DNA of 64,000 nucleotides, from contig DASCPX010000183.1 of the NCBI GenBank assembly GCA_036012755.1, positions 15,849-79,848 of the forward strand, written 5' to 3'. The translations under genes and the position numbers were made by a program. The notes under the pieces are model-generated. The model saw only the letters and a list, made by a program, of their open reading frames with translations, made no database searches and was not told the DNA's origin. The stretch is from Myxococcota bacterium. Lineage in GTDB: Bacteria > Myxococcota_A > UBA796 > CAJQPC01. Shown here in pieces: positions 1-7,780 of the stretch; within the stretch, counting starts at the first letter, position 1; each line of letters starts with the position of its first letter.

Positions 1-1321
1 TGCGAACATCCACCATCCAGCTTCCCGGGCGCAGCCCGACGTGAGAGAAGCTCCCGTCCTCCTCGCAGCGCACCATGCGCACCGCCGAGAGTCCGGCCAC
101 CAGGTCGGAGTTGGACGTGGGCAACCACACGGCGATCGCCTCGCACTCGGCCGGCTCCCCGTCGATCAAGACCCGGCCCATGACGCCGCCGCCGTAGCGG
201 AAGTCGAGCCAGACCTCCGTGTCCGGTGGCTCGACGCGGACGGCCTCTGCGCTGGCGCGGACCGTGGCGACGCCCTCGGGGCAGCTGCAGACGACGGGAT
301 CCTCCTCGGGATTGCAGGGCTCGCCGAAGGGGAGCCAGGGGTGGGTGCACATGATGAGCCCGACGTCCTGGCAGGAGTCCTCGGGCAGACCTGCGCAGTA
401 GACCGTGACCTCGCGGGTGGGCAACAGCACGTAGTCGTGCTCGGCGTAGTCCTGATCGGCGCCGACGCGCACCACCGCGGTCTCGCTCTCGTAGCCTTCC
501 TTGCTGGCGATCGTGAAGGACAGCGAGGCGGGGTTGACGAGCATCGAGAACAGCCCGTCCGGGCCCGTGCTGATGCTGTCGTGAGCGGCGTTGATCAGGG
601 CCTCGTCGAGGGGCTCGCCCTCGCCGTCGGTGACGCTGCCCTCGAAGAGCACTCCGTCGACCAGGCGCATCGTGATCTCCTGGGTGACCACCGTGTCGAC
701 GTCGTCGCGGTAGCCGAGGGGGTAGCCCTCCGCCCGCGCCTTCACCGTCGCCACGCCGCAGCTGGTGGCCGGCAGCTGCGCGAGGCCATCCTCCGTCATG
801 GCCTCTCCGGCGCCTCCCGTCCCCAGCTCGCTGAAGACGTAGACCTGGACCGTCGCCTCTGCCGGCGAGCCGTCCGGTAGCTCCACCCGGACATCAAGGG
901 GGCAGGCGTAGGGCACCACGAAGACGAGGTCGTCCCGGTCCCCCCTCGCGATGATCTCCTTGGGCCTGGAGGCCACGTCGTCGGGACGGATCTTCGCCGG
1001 CCCCTCGATCTCGAGGCCGAAGCTGCCGTCGTAGCCCGTGATGACCTCGGCCCGGACCTCGGAGGGTCCGAAGGCCTCGACGACCATCTCTTCGGCCGGG
1101 CTGCCGTCCGCGTAGACGAGCCGACCGGAGAGCGCGAGCGGGCCGGTGGGGGGCTCTTCCTCCAGGCGGGTGGTCCTCGCGGTGACGCGCTCGCGCTCCC
1201 GCAGCTCCGGCGCCGTCGGCTCCGCGTCCATCGCCTCGCCCCAGAGCCAGATCATCGAGCCCACAGCCAGGATCCCGAGGAGCAGACAGGCGACGGCGAC
1301 GTGCCAGATGCGCAGCTTCAT
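1..1321 (-). CDS. membrane-anchored beta-sandwich / Cys-rich module protein, N-terminal part only (3' end lies beyond window start); tandem paralogue of the next gene
   Basis: Absent from the ORF track because it has no stop inside the window. My translation of the minus strand from ATG 1321-1319 gives MKLRIWHVAVACLLLGILAVGSMIWLWGE... and stays open to position 1. It shares the block VYCAGLPxDSC..CTHP..C.CPEG..WLDFR with the 1330-3258 product. It starts 8 nt after the upstream stop. Confidence 0.6.
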   Translation of the reverse strand, partial: MKLRIWHVAVACLLLGILAVGSMIWLWGEAMDAEPTAPELRERERVTARTTRLEEEPPTGPLALSGRLVYADGSPAEEMVVEAFGPSEVRAEVITGYDGSFGLEIEGPAKIRPDDVASRPKEIIARGDRDDLVFVVPYACPLDVRVELPDGSPAEATVQVYVFSELGTGGAGEAMTEDGLAQLPATSCGVATVKARAEGYPLGYRDDVDTVVTQEITMRLVDGVLFEGSVTDGEGEPLDEALINAAHDSISTGPDGLFSMLVNPASLSFTIASKEGYESETAVVRVGADQDYAEHDYVLLPTREVTVYCAGLPEDSCQDVGLIMCTHPWLPFGEPCNPEEDPVVCSCPEGVATVRASAEAVRVEPPDTEVWLDFRYGGGVMGRVLIDGEPAECEAIAVWLPTSNSDLVAGLSAVRMVRCEEDGSFSHVGLRPGSWMVDVR

Positions 1322-1329
1322 GGGTGTTT

Positions 1330-3258
1330 CTATTGCAGGGGGATGTCGTGCAGCCCGTCATCCCGTTCGACGACGAGGTCCACGCCGGGCCCACTGTAGT
1401 TGTCCAGCACCCAGCGCGTCGCCTCGTCCGCGTACTGGGGCGCCCACGCGAGGACATCCATGCCCATGACGACCACACCGACGATGACGTCGCCCTCCGC
1501 CAAGCCGTTGTCTTCCGCGGCGCCGCCTGGCTCCAGCTCGGCGATCTCCAGCTCGCCGTCGGCGGTCCTCGCCACCGCGAAGCCGTTTTCGTCCAACAGG
1601 TCCGCTTCGCCGGTCTCGAGGACGACCTGCAGTGCGCTGTCGTCCTCGACGCCCAGCGTGACGACTTCGAGCGGGCGCCTGGCGAGGAAGACGTCGTAGA
1701 CGCCTGGCGGCAGCCCGGTCATCTCCACGACGCCCTCGGAGTCGCTCATGCCGCCGTGACCCACGGGGTTCACCGAGTCCCTGTCGCGCAGGTTGGCCAA
1801 CACCGCCTCCCAGGCGGCCGGCTCCCCGGTGAGCCCGTCGTAGACCGTGACGGTGATGGCCCCGCCCTCGGAGAGATCGATGTCGCCAAGGTCCACGACG
1901 GTCCCTTCGACGTACACGTCGTCCTGGGGCCACCTGCCGTCCGTGCTGTAGATCTCCACGACCCACCGACCTTCTTCCAGGCCGAGGATCTCGAAGGTGC
2001 CGTCATCCTCGCAGGAGCCGGTCCGCGCGTGTGTGCCGCCGCCGAGGACCTCGTCGACACCCTCTGGCATGCGGGCGGCGCCGTACCAGCAACGGAAGGG
2101 CGTCTCGTCTCTCCAGACCACGCCGCGGAGGCCGCCAGGGCTGCGGAAGTCGAGCCAGGCTGCGTCCTCGTCGGGGCCGACCTCGACCGCCTGGCCGCCA
2201 CCGCGGAGGGCCACCTGGCCTTCGGGGCAGACGCAGGTCGTCGTCGCGTAGCTCTCGCAGAGCTCGCCGACCGGTGACAGCGGATGGGTGCAGAGGATGG
2301 GCACGACGGTCTCGCAGGAGTCGTCTGGGAGGCCCGCGCAGTAGACCTCGACCAGCCGGAAGGACCTGGCGACGAAGTCGACTCGAAGCTCCTCTGCCCC
2401 CTCTGGGACGTGGACGCTGCGGGTCTCTCCGAGCCAGCCCGCCTCCGCCGGAGAAGCGACCAGCCTCCAGTCCCTGCCCGAGGCCAGGTGGATCTCCCAC
2501 ACGCCCTCTGCGTCCACCTCGCCCCGGAGCTCTCGAAAGCGGGCCCAGACCGCGCCGTCGATGGGATCTCCGGCGGGGGTCGTGAAGGTGCCCCACACAC
2601 GGGTCCCCTCTCCGAGGGTGAGCTCGATCCGGCGGGGCCCGGTGTGCTCGTCGCGGTGCTCGACGGTGCCGTAGCCTTCGCGTACGGCCAGCAGCGATAC
2701 GCGTCCGCAAGCAGCGAGCGGGAACTCGTGGTGCCCGTCGACGGTCTCGACCGAGCGGCTGGAGGTGAAGGGGAAGCCCTCGCTGTAGACGGAGAACAAC
2801 AGCGTGGCGTCCAGCGGCTCGGCGTGCTCGTCGACGACCTCCACGGTGACCGGGCAGAGGTCGGGGACCAGGAAGTCGAGGCCTTCGGCGGGCTCCGTCG
2901 CCGCGACGCGCCTGGGCTGGCTGGTGAGCTCGACGGGGTGGATCCAGGTCGAGGCCGAGAGCTTCAGCCGGTAGCTCCCGTCGGCGCTGGTCTTCACGGA
3001 CTCGCCCTCGCTCGAGCGGATCGTGAGGCCCTCGACGGGCTCGCCGCCGAGGGTGTGGACGGCGCCCGCGACCTCGAAGGCGGCCTCGGCCTCGGGCAGC
3101 ACCGGCCTGCTCCGGGTGCGCTGCTTCACCTCGTTCCCGAGCACCGCTCGCTGGGGTCGCAGGCCCTCCAGGATCCAGGCGCCCAGACCGGCGCATGCCA
3201 CCAGGAGGGTGATCGACAGCGCAGAGAGCGCGATGCGCCGGTTCTTGACGGGGCTCAG
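1330..3258 (-). CDS. lipoprotein with repeated carboxypeptidase-regulatory-like beta-sandwich segments and a C-terminal PDZ-like domain
   Basis: The ORF track gives 1330..3201 (GTG). The frame stays open upstream and encodes SPVKNRRIALSALSITLLVAC, a charged n-region, h-region and lipobox LVAC. The likely start is therefore CTG 3258-3256, overlapping the upstream TGA (CTGA). The C-terminal GLAEGDVIVGV is PDZ-like. Confidence 0.7.
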   Translation of the reverse strand: MSPVKNRRIALSALSITLLVACAGLGAWILEGLRPQRAVLGNEVKQRTRSRPVLPEAEAAFEVAGAVHTLGGEPVEGLTIRSSEGESVKTSADGSYRLKLSASTWIHPVELTSQPRRVAATEPAEGLDFLVPDLCPVTVEVVDEHAEPLDATLLFSVYSEGFPFTSSRSVETVDGHHEFPLAACGRVSLLAVREGYGTVEHRDEHTGPRRIELTLGEGTRVWGTFTTPAGDPIDGAVWARFRELRGEVDAEGVWEIHLASGRDWRLVASPAEAGWLGETRSVHVPEGAEELRVDFVARSFRLVEVYCAGLPDDSCETVVPILCTHPLSPVGELCESYATTTCVCPEGQVALRGGGQAVEVGPDEDAAWLDFRSPGGLRGVVWRDETPFRCWYGAARMPEGVDEVLGGGTHARTGSCEDDGTFEILGLEEGRWVVEIYSTDGRWPQDDVYVEGTVVDLGDIDLSEGGAITVTVYDGLTGEPAAWEAVLANLRDRDSVNPVGHGGMSDSEGVVEMTGLPPGVYDVFLARRPLEVVTLGVEDDSALQVVLETGEADLLDENGFAVARTADGELEIAELEPGGAAEDNGLAEGDVIVGVVVMGMDVLAWAPQYADEATRWVLDNYSGPGVDLVVERDDGLHDIPLQ

Positions 3259-3875
3259 AGCTGGTAGTCGACCGAGCGGGAGAACAGCGCGCTCGACGGG
3301 GCGCCAGAGGCGGAGGCGGTGCCGACGGTGATCTCCAGCGTGCCGCGCTGATCGGGGACCGGGACGAGCATCTTCACGAAGGCGATGGTGGGACCTGCCT
3401 GGGCGATGGCGGCCTTGTTGACCTGCTGGCGGGACTCGGCGACCTTCAAGCCGTCGGCGTAGACCTCTGCGGTCAGCCAGTAGGTCCGACCCTCGTAGTC
3501 CCCCGGGTTGCGGGCGAGCAGGATCGGGAGCTCGACGACGACCGCGTCGCGGTCAGCGAACACGACAATGGCTTCGTAGTTGTCGGCCAGCGGCGACTTG
3601 CCGACGACGGAGTAGGGGAGGGAGGTCGCCTTGTTGGTTCCCAGCGAAGGGCTCGAGCGCTCGGAGATGTCCGGTGCGGGGCCGAGGTTTCGCTCGTCGG
3701 GCGGGGCGGCGTCCTGCCAGTCGCCGAAGTCCGCCTCCTCCTCGACGTCGAAGTCGCTCGCCTCGATCGCCGCTGCCTTCGCGGCTGCCGCGGCCTCGTC
3801 GCCTTCGTCGAGGAAGCCGAAGTCGTCGTCGTCTTCGGCGAGGGCGAGGCTGACAACAGTGAGGAGCCAGAGCAT
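3255..3875 (-). CDS. secreted hypothetical protein with acidic N-terminal region
   Basis: 206-aa ORF with a short signal peptide (MLWLLTVVSLALA/EDDDD). Its codon bias is coding-like. It is the first gene of the minus-strand string 3875 to 1. Confidence 0.55.
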   Translation of the reverse strand: MLWLLTVVSLALAEDDDDFGFLDEGDEAAAAAKAAAIEASDFDVEEEADFGDWQDAAPPDERNLGPAPDISERSSPSLGTNKATSLPYSVVGKSPLADNYEAIVVFADRDAVVVELPILLARNPGDYEGRTYWLTAEVYADGLKVAESRQQVNKAAIAQAGPTIAFVKMLVPVPDQRGTLEITVGTASASGAPSSALFSRSVDYQL

Positions 3876-3915
3876 GTCGGTGTCCTATGAGCCTGCAAGA
3901 TAAGGGGCTTGCCAG

Positions 3916-5262
3916 ATGCGACGCAATCCCTACTCGATCGCCTGGAGGCGCCGGAGGTTCCATCGTTCTCGCGTGGAGGGCTGGCCTCGGAGGCTCCTGG
4001 GGCTGGTCCCGCTGGTGGCGCTGGCGGCCGCCGGACCGCTCGTGGAGCCGGTGTTCATGGGCTTCCTCTCCCGCCCTGGTGGGCTGCCGGCGGGGCTCAG
4101 CGGACTGGGGCTGAGGATCGGCATGCTGCTCTGCGGGGCGACGGTGCTGGCGAGCTACACGGCCCTGGTGCGCGGGCCGGAGCGCGCAATCCTCGACCCA
4201 CATCCTGCCGACGCCCCGGCGCTGTTGCGCTACCTCGGCCTGCGCACGGCGGTGGAGCGCCTGGGGTGGGTCCTGGCCGCCGGGGTGCTGCTCTTGCCCA
4301 TCATCCTGGCCGGCGAGCCCGTGGCATACGGGCTCGGAGTCTGGATCGCCTTGTCCGGCTGGCTGCTCGGGCTCGCCGTCGGCTTTCCGGTTCACCTCGG
4401 CAGCGTCTGGGCGGCGGAGTCGCCGGGCCTCTCGGGGGTGCTGAACCTGCTCCGCGGCGACAACCCATCGCTGCAGGCGGCGCTCATCTACGGCCCTGGC
4501 GTCGCCCTGACGGTGGGTGGCTGTGGGGTCTGGCTGGCCTGCCTCGGGGCCGAGCGAGTCCTGGGTACGGGGCTCGATCCGGCAGCTGTCGCCTTCTTGC
4601 TCGCGCCCCTCCCCCTGGCCTTGCTGAGCTGGCTCCCGGTCTCGGGGCTGGCCCGGCGCTACCACGTCGCGACCACGCTCATCCTCGCGGACATCGACGC
4701 CGCGGTGGCTGGGACGGAGGATCCCCAGGAGGCTCGGCGGGTCTACTTCGAGTGGGCGGTGCGCTTCGTGCCGGCAGCCCTGCGCTCGGAGCTCCTCAAG
4801 GAGCTGCGACATGGCTGGAGGGGTCTGCGCAGCTGGGTCCTGGGCGCCGCCTGGGGTTCGGGGCTGCTCGCGGCCATTTCGGCCTGGAGCGACGACCCGA
4901 CCGCGGCGGACCGGACGCGACTCGTCGCCGGCGCGGGCATCGTGCTGGTCGGCATCGTGGGCGTGCGCCTCGCGATGACCGATCCGGCCTGGCTCGACAA
5001 GGCCCTGCCCCACGTCGTCGGCAGGCGCCTGGGCGCCCGGCTGCTGGCGCTGTGGTTCTGGTTCCAGCCGGTCGTGGTGTTGCCGGTCCTGGCCCTGGGC
5101 ATCCGTCAGGGGCGGGTCGGCCTCGAGCTGTTCGGATGGCTGGAGCTCCTGGCCCTCGCCGCCGGGCTGGCGGCGGTCTTCGCGAGTCCCTTGCGCGCCC
5201 GGGGGCTCCCGACCTACCTGTTCGCGGCCCTCTTGTTGTGGGCTGGAGTCTCGAGCGCATGA
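3916..5262 (+). CDS. polytopic membrane protein, probable permease partner of the adjacent ABC ATPase
   Basis: ATG 3916, 448 aa, with many hydrophobic helices (LLGLVPLVALAAAG, IGMLLCGATVLASY, WVLAAGVLLLPIILAG ...). Its stop overlaps the ATG of the next gene (ATGA 5259-5262). No family recognised. Confidence 0.6.
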   Translation: MRRNPYSIAWRRRRFHRSRVEGWPRRLLGLVPLVALAAAGPLVEPVFMGFLSRPGGLPAGLSGLGLRIGMLLCGATVLASYTALVRGPERAILDPHPADAPALLRYLGLRTAVERLGWVLAAGVLLLPIILAGEPVAYGLGVWIALSGWLLGLAVGFPVHLGSVWAAESPGLSGVLNLLRGDNPSLQAALIYGPGVALTVGGCGVWLACLGAERVLGTGLDPAAVAFLLAPLPLALLSWLPVSGLARRYHVATTLILADIDAAVAGTEDPQEARRVYFEWAVRFVPAALRSELLKELRHGWRGLRSWVLGAAWGSGLLAAISAWSDDPTAADRTRLVAGAGIVLVGIVGVRLAMTDPAWLDKALPHVVGRRLGARLLALWFWFQPVVVLPVLALGIRQGRVGLELFGWLELLALAAGLAAVFASPLRARGLPTYLFAALLLWAGVSSA

Positions 5263-5936
5263 TCGAAGTCCGCGGACTGAGGAAGCAATACGGCCACGTC
5301 GTCGCGGTCGAGGACGTCAGCTTCTCGGTCGGCGCCGGAGAGCTGGTCGGGCTCATCGGTCACAACGGCGCCGGCAAGTCGACGACGATCAAGATGCTCA
5401 CGGGGCAGCTGCGGCCGACTGGGGGTGCGGTCACCGTCGGTGGAGTGGACGTGCTCGCGGACCCCGGTGGAGCGCGGCGTGTCTTCGGCTACGTGCCGGA
5501 GGATCCGCAGCTCTACGACTACCTCACCTGCCGCGAGTTCCTCGAGCTGGTCCTCGATCTGCGGGGCGAGGGCGATCTCGACTTCGCCCTGGAGTTGGCT
5601 GGGCTGGGCGAGGACGCGGACCGGCTGATCCGCGAGTACAGCCAGGGCATGCGGCGCCGCACGGCCCTGGCGGCCGCGGTGGTCGGCCGCCCTCCGGTCC
5701 TTGTTCTCGACGAGGCCCTCAACGGCCTGGACCCGCCCTCAGCAGCCCGGGTGAAGGGCCACCTCCGGGATCTCTGTGACGAGGGCGCTTGTGTGCTCTT
5801 GTCCACCCACGTCCTCGAGACGGTGGAGAAGCTCGCCGACCGCGTGGTGATGCTCGCCCACGGACGGGTGGTCGCGGACGAGGTTGTGGGCGATCAGGAC
5901 CTCGAGGCGATGTTCCTGGAGCACCTCCGGGACTAG
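5259..5936 (+). CDS. ABC transporter ATP-binding protein
   Basis: Internal ATG of track ORF 3909..5936. Motifs: Walker A GHNGAGKST, signature-like YSQGMRRR, Walker B VLVLDEALNGLD, H-loop LSTHV. Confidence 0.9.
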   Translation: MIEVRGLRKQYGHVVAVEDVSFSVGAGELVGLIGHNGAGKSTTIKMLTGQLRPTGGAVTVGGVDVLADPGGARRVFGYVPEDPQLYDYLTCREFLELVLDLRGEGDLDFALELAGLGEDADRLIREYSQGMRRRTALAAAVVGRPPVLVLDEALNGLDPPSAARVKGHLRDLCDEGACVLLSTHVLETVEKLADRVVMLAHGRVVADEVVGDQDLEAMFLEHLRD

Positions 5937-5937
5937 C

Positions 5938-5989
5938 GCCATCGAGCCATCGAGCCATCGAGAACGATCATCGATCCATCGAGCATCGG
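5938..5989. repeat. octamer tandem repeat: GCCATCGA x3 perfect, then degenerate copies
   Basis: Read directly: gccatcga gccatcga gccatcga gaacgatc atcgatcc atcgagc atcgg. It starts 2 nt after the TAG of the ABC ATPase, in a convergent intergenic region. Confidence 0.8.
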
Positions 5990-6031
5990 GGCGGGCAGCC
6001 CGGAAGCTCCAGTTGCGTACCTGTGGGGTAC

Positions 6032-7780
6032 CTAGGACAGCGTCGCGTCGAGGGACTCCGGGCTGAAGCCCGCGTCGTGGAGGTGGGCGTAGAGGCCGCC
6101 GAGCTCGATGAGCTCCTTGTGCGTGCCGACCTCTGCGACCTTGCCGGCGCGGAGCACGACGATGCGGTCGGCGGCGGCGATGGTCGAGAGCCGGTGGGCG
6201 ATGACGATGACGGTCTTGCGCTCGAAGATGCGGGCGATGGCGTCCTGGACGAGCTGCTCGGTGACCGGGTCGATCGAGGCGGTGGCCTCGTCGAGGATGA
6301 CCACCACCGGGTCGTAGGCCATGGTGCGGGCGAAGGTGAGGAGCTGGCCCTCGCCGACGCTCAGGTTCGAGCCGCGCTCCTTGAGGATCTGCCGCCAACC
6401 TTCTGGCAGATCCGAGATGAACTCGCGGGCGTGGACGAGCTCCGCTGCGCCCTCCAGGCGCGCCTCGTCCACCGCCGGGTTGTCGAGAGCGACGTTGAAG
6501 CGCACGGTCTCGGGGAAGAGCTGGATGTCCTGGCGCACAGCCGCGACGGCCTTGCGCACCGTGTCCAGCTTGAGCTCGCGGAGCTCGTGACCGTCGAGGG
6601 TGATCGAGCCGCGGTAGCCCTCGTAGCTGCGATCGACGAGCCGGGTCAGCGTCGTCTTGCCGCAGCCGGTCGGACCGACGATCGCCACCACCTCGCCGGG
6701 GTCGACCTGGAGGCTCACGCCCTTGAGGACGTCTTCGCCCTCGACGTAGCCGAACTCGACCTCGTCGAGGCGAACACGGCCCTCGATCCCCTCGAGCGAG
6801 ACCTCGCCGTCGCTGATCTCCTCCGTCGTGTCCATCAGCCTGAAGATCTTGTCCAGCGCCGCCAGGGCCCGCTGGATGATCGTGATCTTCTGCGAGAGCT
6901 GGCGCAGCGGCTGGAAGAGCCGGTTGAGGTAGTCGATGAAGGCCGCCAACAGGCCCGCCGAGACCACCGCTGTGAAGAGGTCGCCGGTCGCGTACCAGAG
7001 CATCAGGGCGATGCACATCGAGCCCACGCCGTCCACCGCTGCGTACATCAGCGCGTCGAAGATGTTCGAGCGGATCGTCGCGTCCCGGAAGGGCGTGTTC
7101 AGGGCGACGAAGCGCTCGTAGGCCCGCTGCTCGTCGTTGAAGAGCTGGATGATCTCCATGCCGCTGACGCGCTCGGCCATGTAGGCGTTGACCGCGGCGA
7201 GGGTCTCCCGGATGCGGTTGAAGTAGACCCTCAGCCGCCGCCTGCAGAGCTCGATGATCAAGAGCAGCGGCGGGGCCACCAAGAGCAGCACCAGCGTCAT
7301 CCGCCAGTTCAGCACGAACATCGCGGCGAGCACGCCGAAGACCATCAGCACGTCGAGGACGACCGTGATCACCCCAGAGCTGAGCGACTCGCCTAGGGAC
7401 TCGACGTCCGAGGTCGCCCGGGTCAACAGCTCCCCAGCCGGTCGGCGGTCGAAGAAGCGGGGCGCCCTCGTCAGCAGGTGCCTGAAGATGCCTTCTCTCA
7501 GGCGCAGGATCGTGCGCTGGCCACCGATGCCCAGGCAGATGCCGTAGGTCGTCTCCACGAGGTAGGCGGCGACGATGCAGCCGAGGTAGACGCCCGCGAG
7601 CTCGGCGAGGCCCTCGACCCGGCCGGTCACGACGTGCTCGTCCAGGATCTCCTTCATCAGCAGGGGCTGGTACAGGGCCAGACCCGCGGACAGCGGCGTG
7701 AGCAACATGGCCAGCAGGAACAGGGGAGCGTCCGCCTTCGCGTAGGGCCAGATGCGAGCGAGCAGCTTGAGGTCCTTCAC
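6032..7780 (-). CDS. ABC exporter half-transporter (TMD-NBD fusion), consensus ATP site
   Basis: GTG 7780-7778 overlaps the upstream TGA (GTGA). N-terminal six-helix exporter domain. Motifs: Walker A GPTGCGKTT, signature LSVGEGQ, Walker B VVILDEATASID, H-loop IAHRL. The track ORF 6032..9454 is over-extended into the neighbour in another frame. Confidence 0.9.
   Translation of the reverse strand: MKDLKLLARIWPYAKADAPLFLLAMLLTPLSAGLALYQPLLMKEILDEHVVTGRVEGLAELAGVYLGCIVAAYLVETTYGICLGIGGQRTILRLREGIFRHLLTRAPRFFDRRPAGELLTRATSDVESLGESLSSGVITVVLDVLMVFGVLAAMFVLNWRMTLVLLLVAPPLLLIIELCRRRLRVYFNRIRETLAAVNAYMAERVSGMEIIQLFNDEQRAYERFVALNTPFRDATIRSNIFDALMYAAVDGVGSMCIALMLWYATGDLFTAVVSAGLLAAFIDYLNRLFQPLRQLSQKITIIQRALAALDKIFRLMDTTEEISDGEVSLEGIEGRVRLDEVEFGYVEGEDVLKGVSLQVDPGEVVAIVGPTGCGKTTLTRLVDRSYEGYRGSITLDGHELRELKLDTVRKAVAAVRQDIQLFPETVRFNVALDNPAVDEARLEGAAELVHAREFISDLPEGWRQILKERGSNLSVGEGQLLTFARTMAYDPVVVILDEATASIDPVTEQLVQDAIARIFERKTVIVIAHRLSTIAAADRIVVLRAGKVAEVGTHKELIELGGLYAHLHDAGFSPESLDATLS

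Noticed and set aside
3909-5936. Single giant ORFs from the track taken at face value: 3909..5936, 6032..9454, 7777..10083, 34065..36203, 40920..42497, 42649..44823, 37572..39518.
   Set aside because: In each case only the 3' part has a recognisable fold. The 5' part is the off-frame shadow of the neighbouring gene. An internal start that overlaps the neighbour's stop gives a canonical N-terminus.
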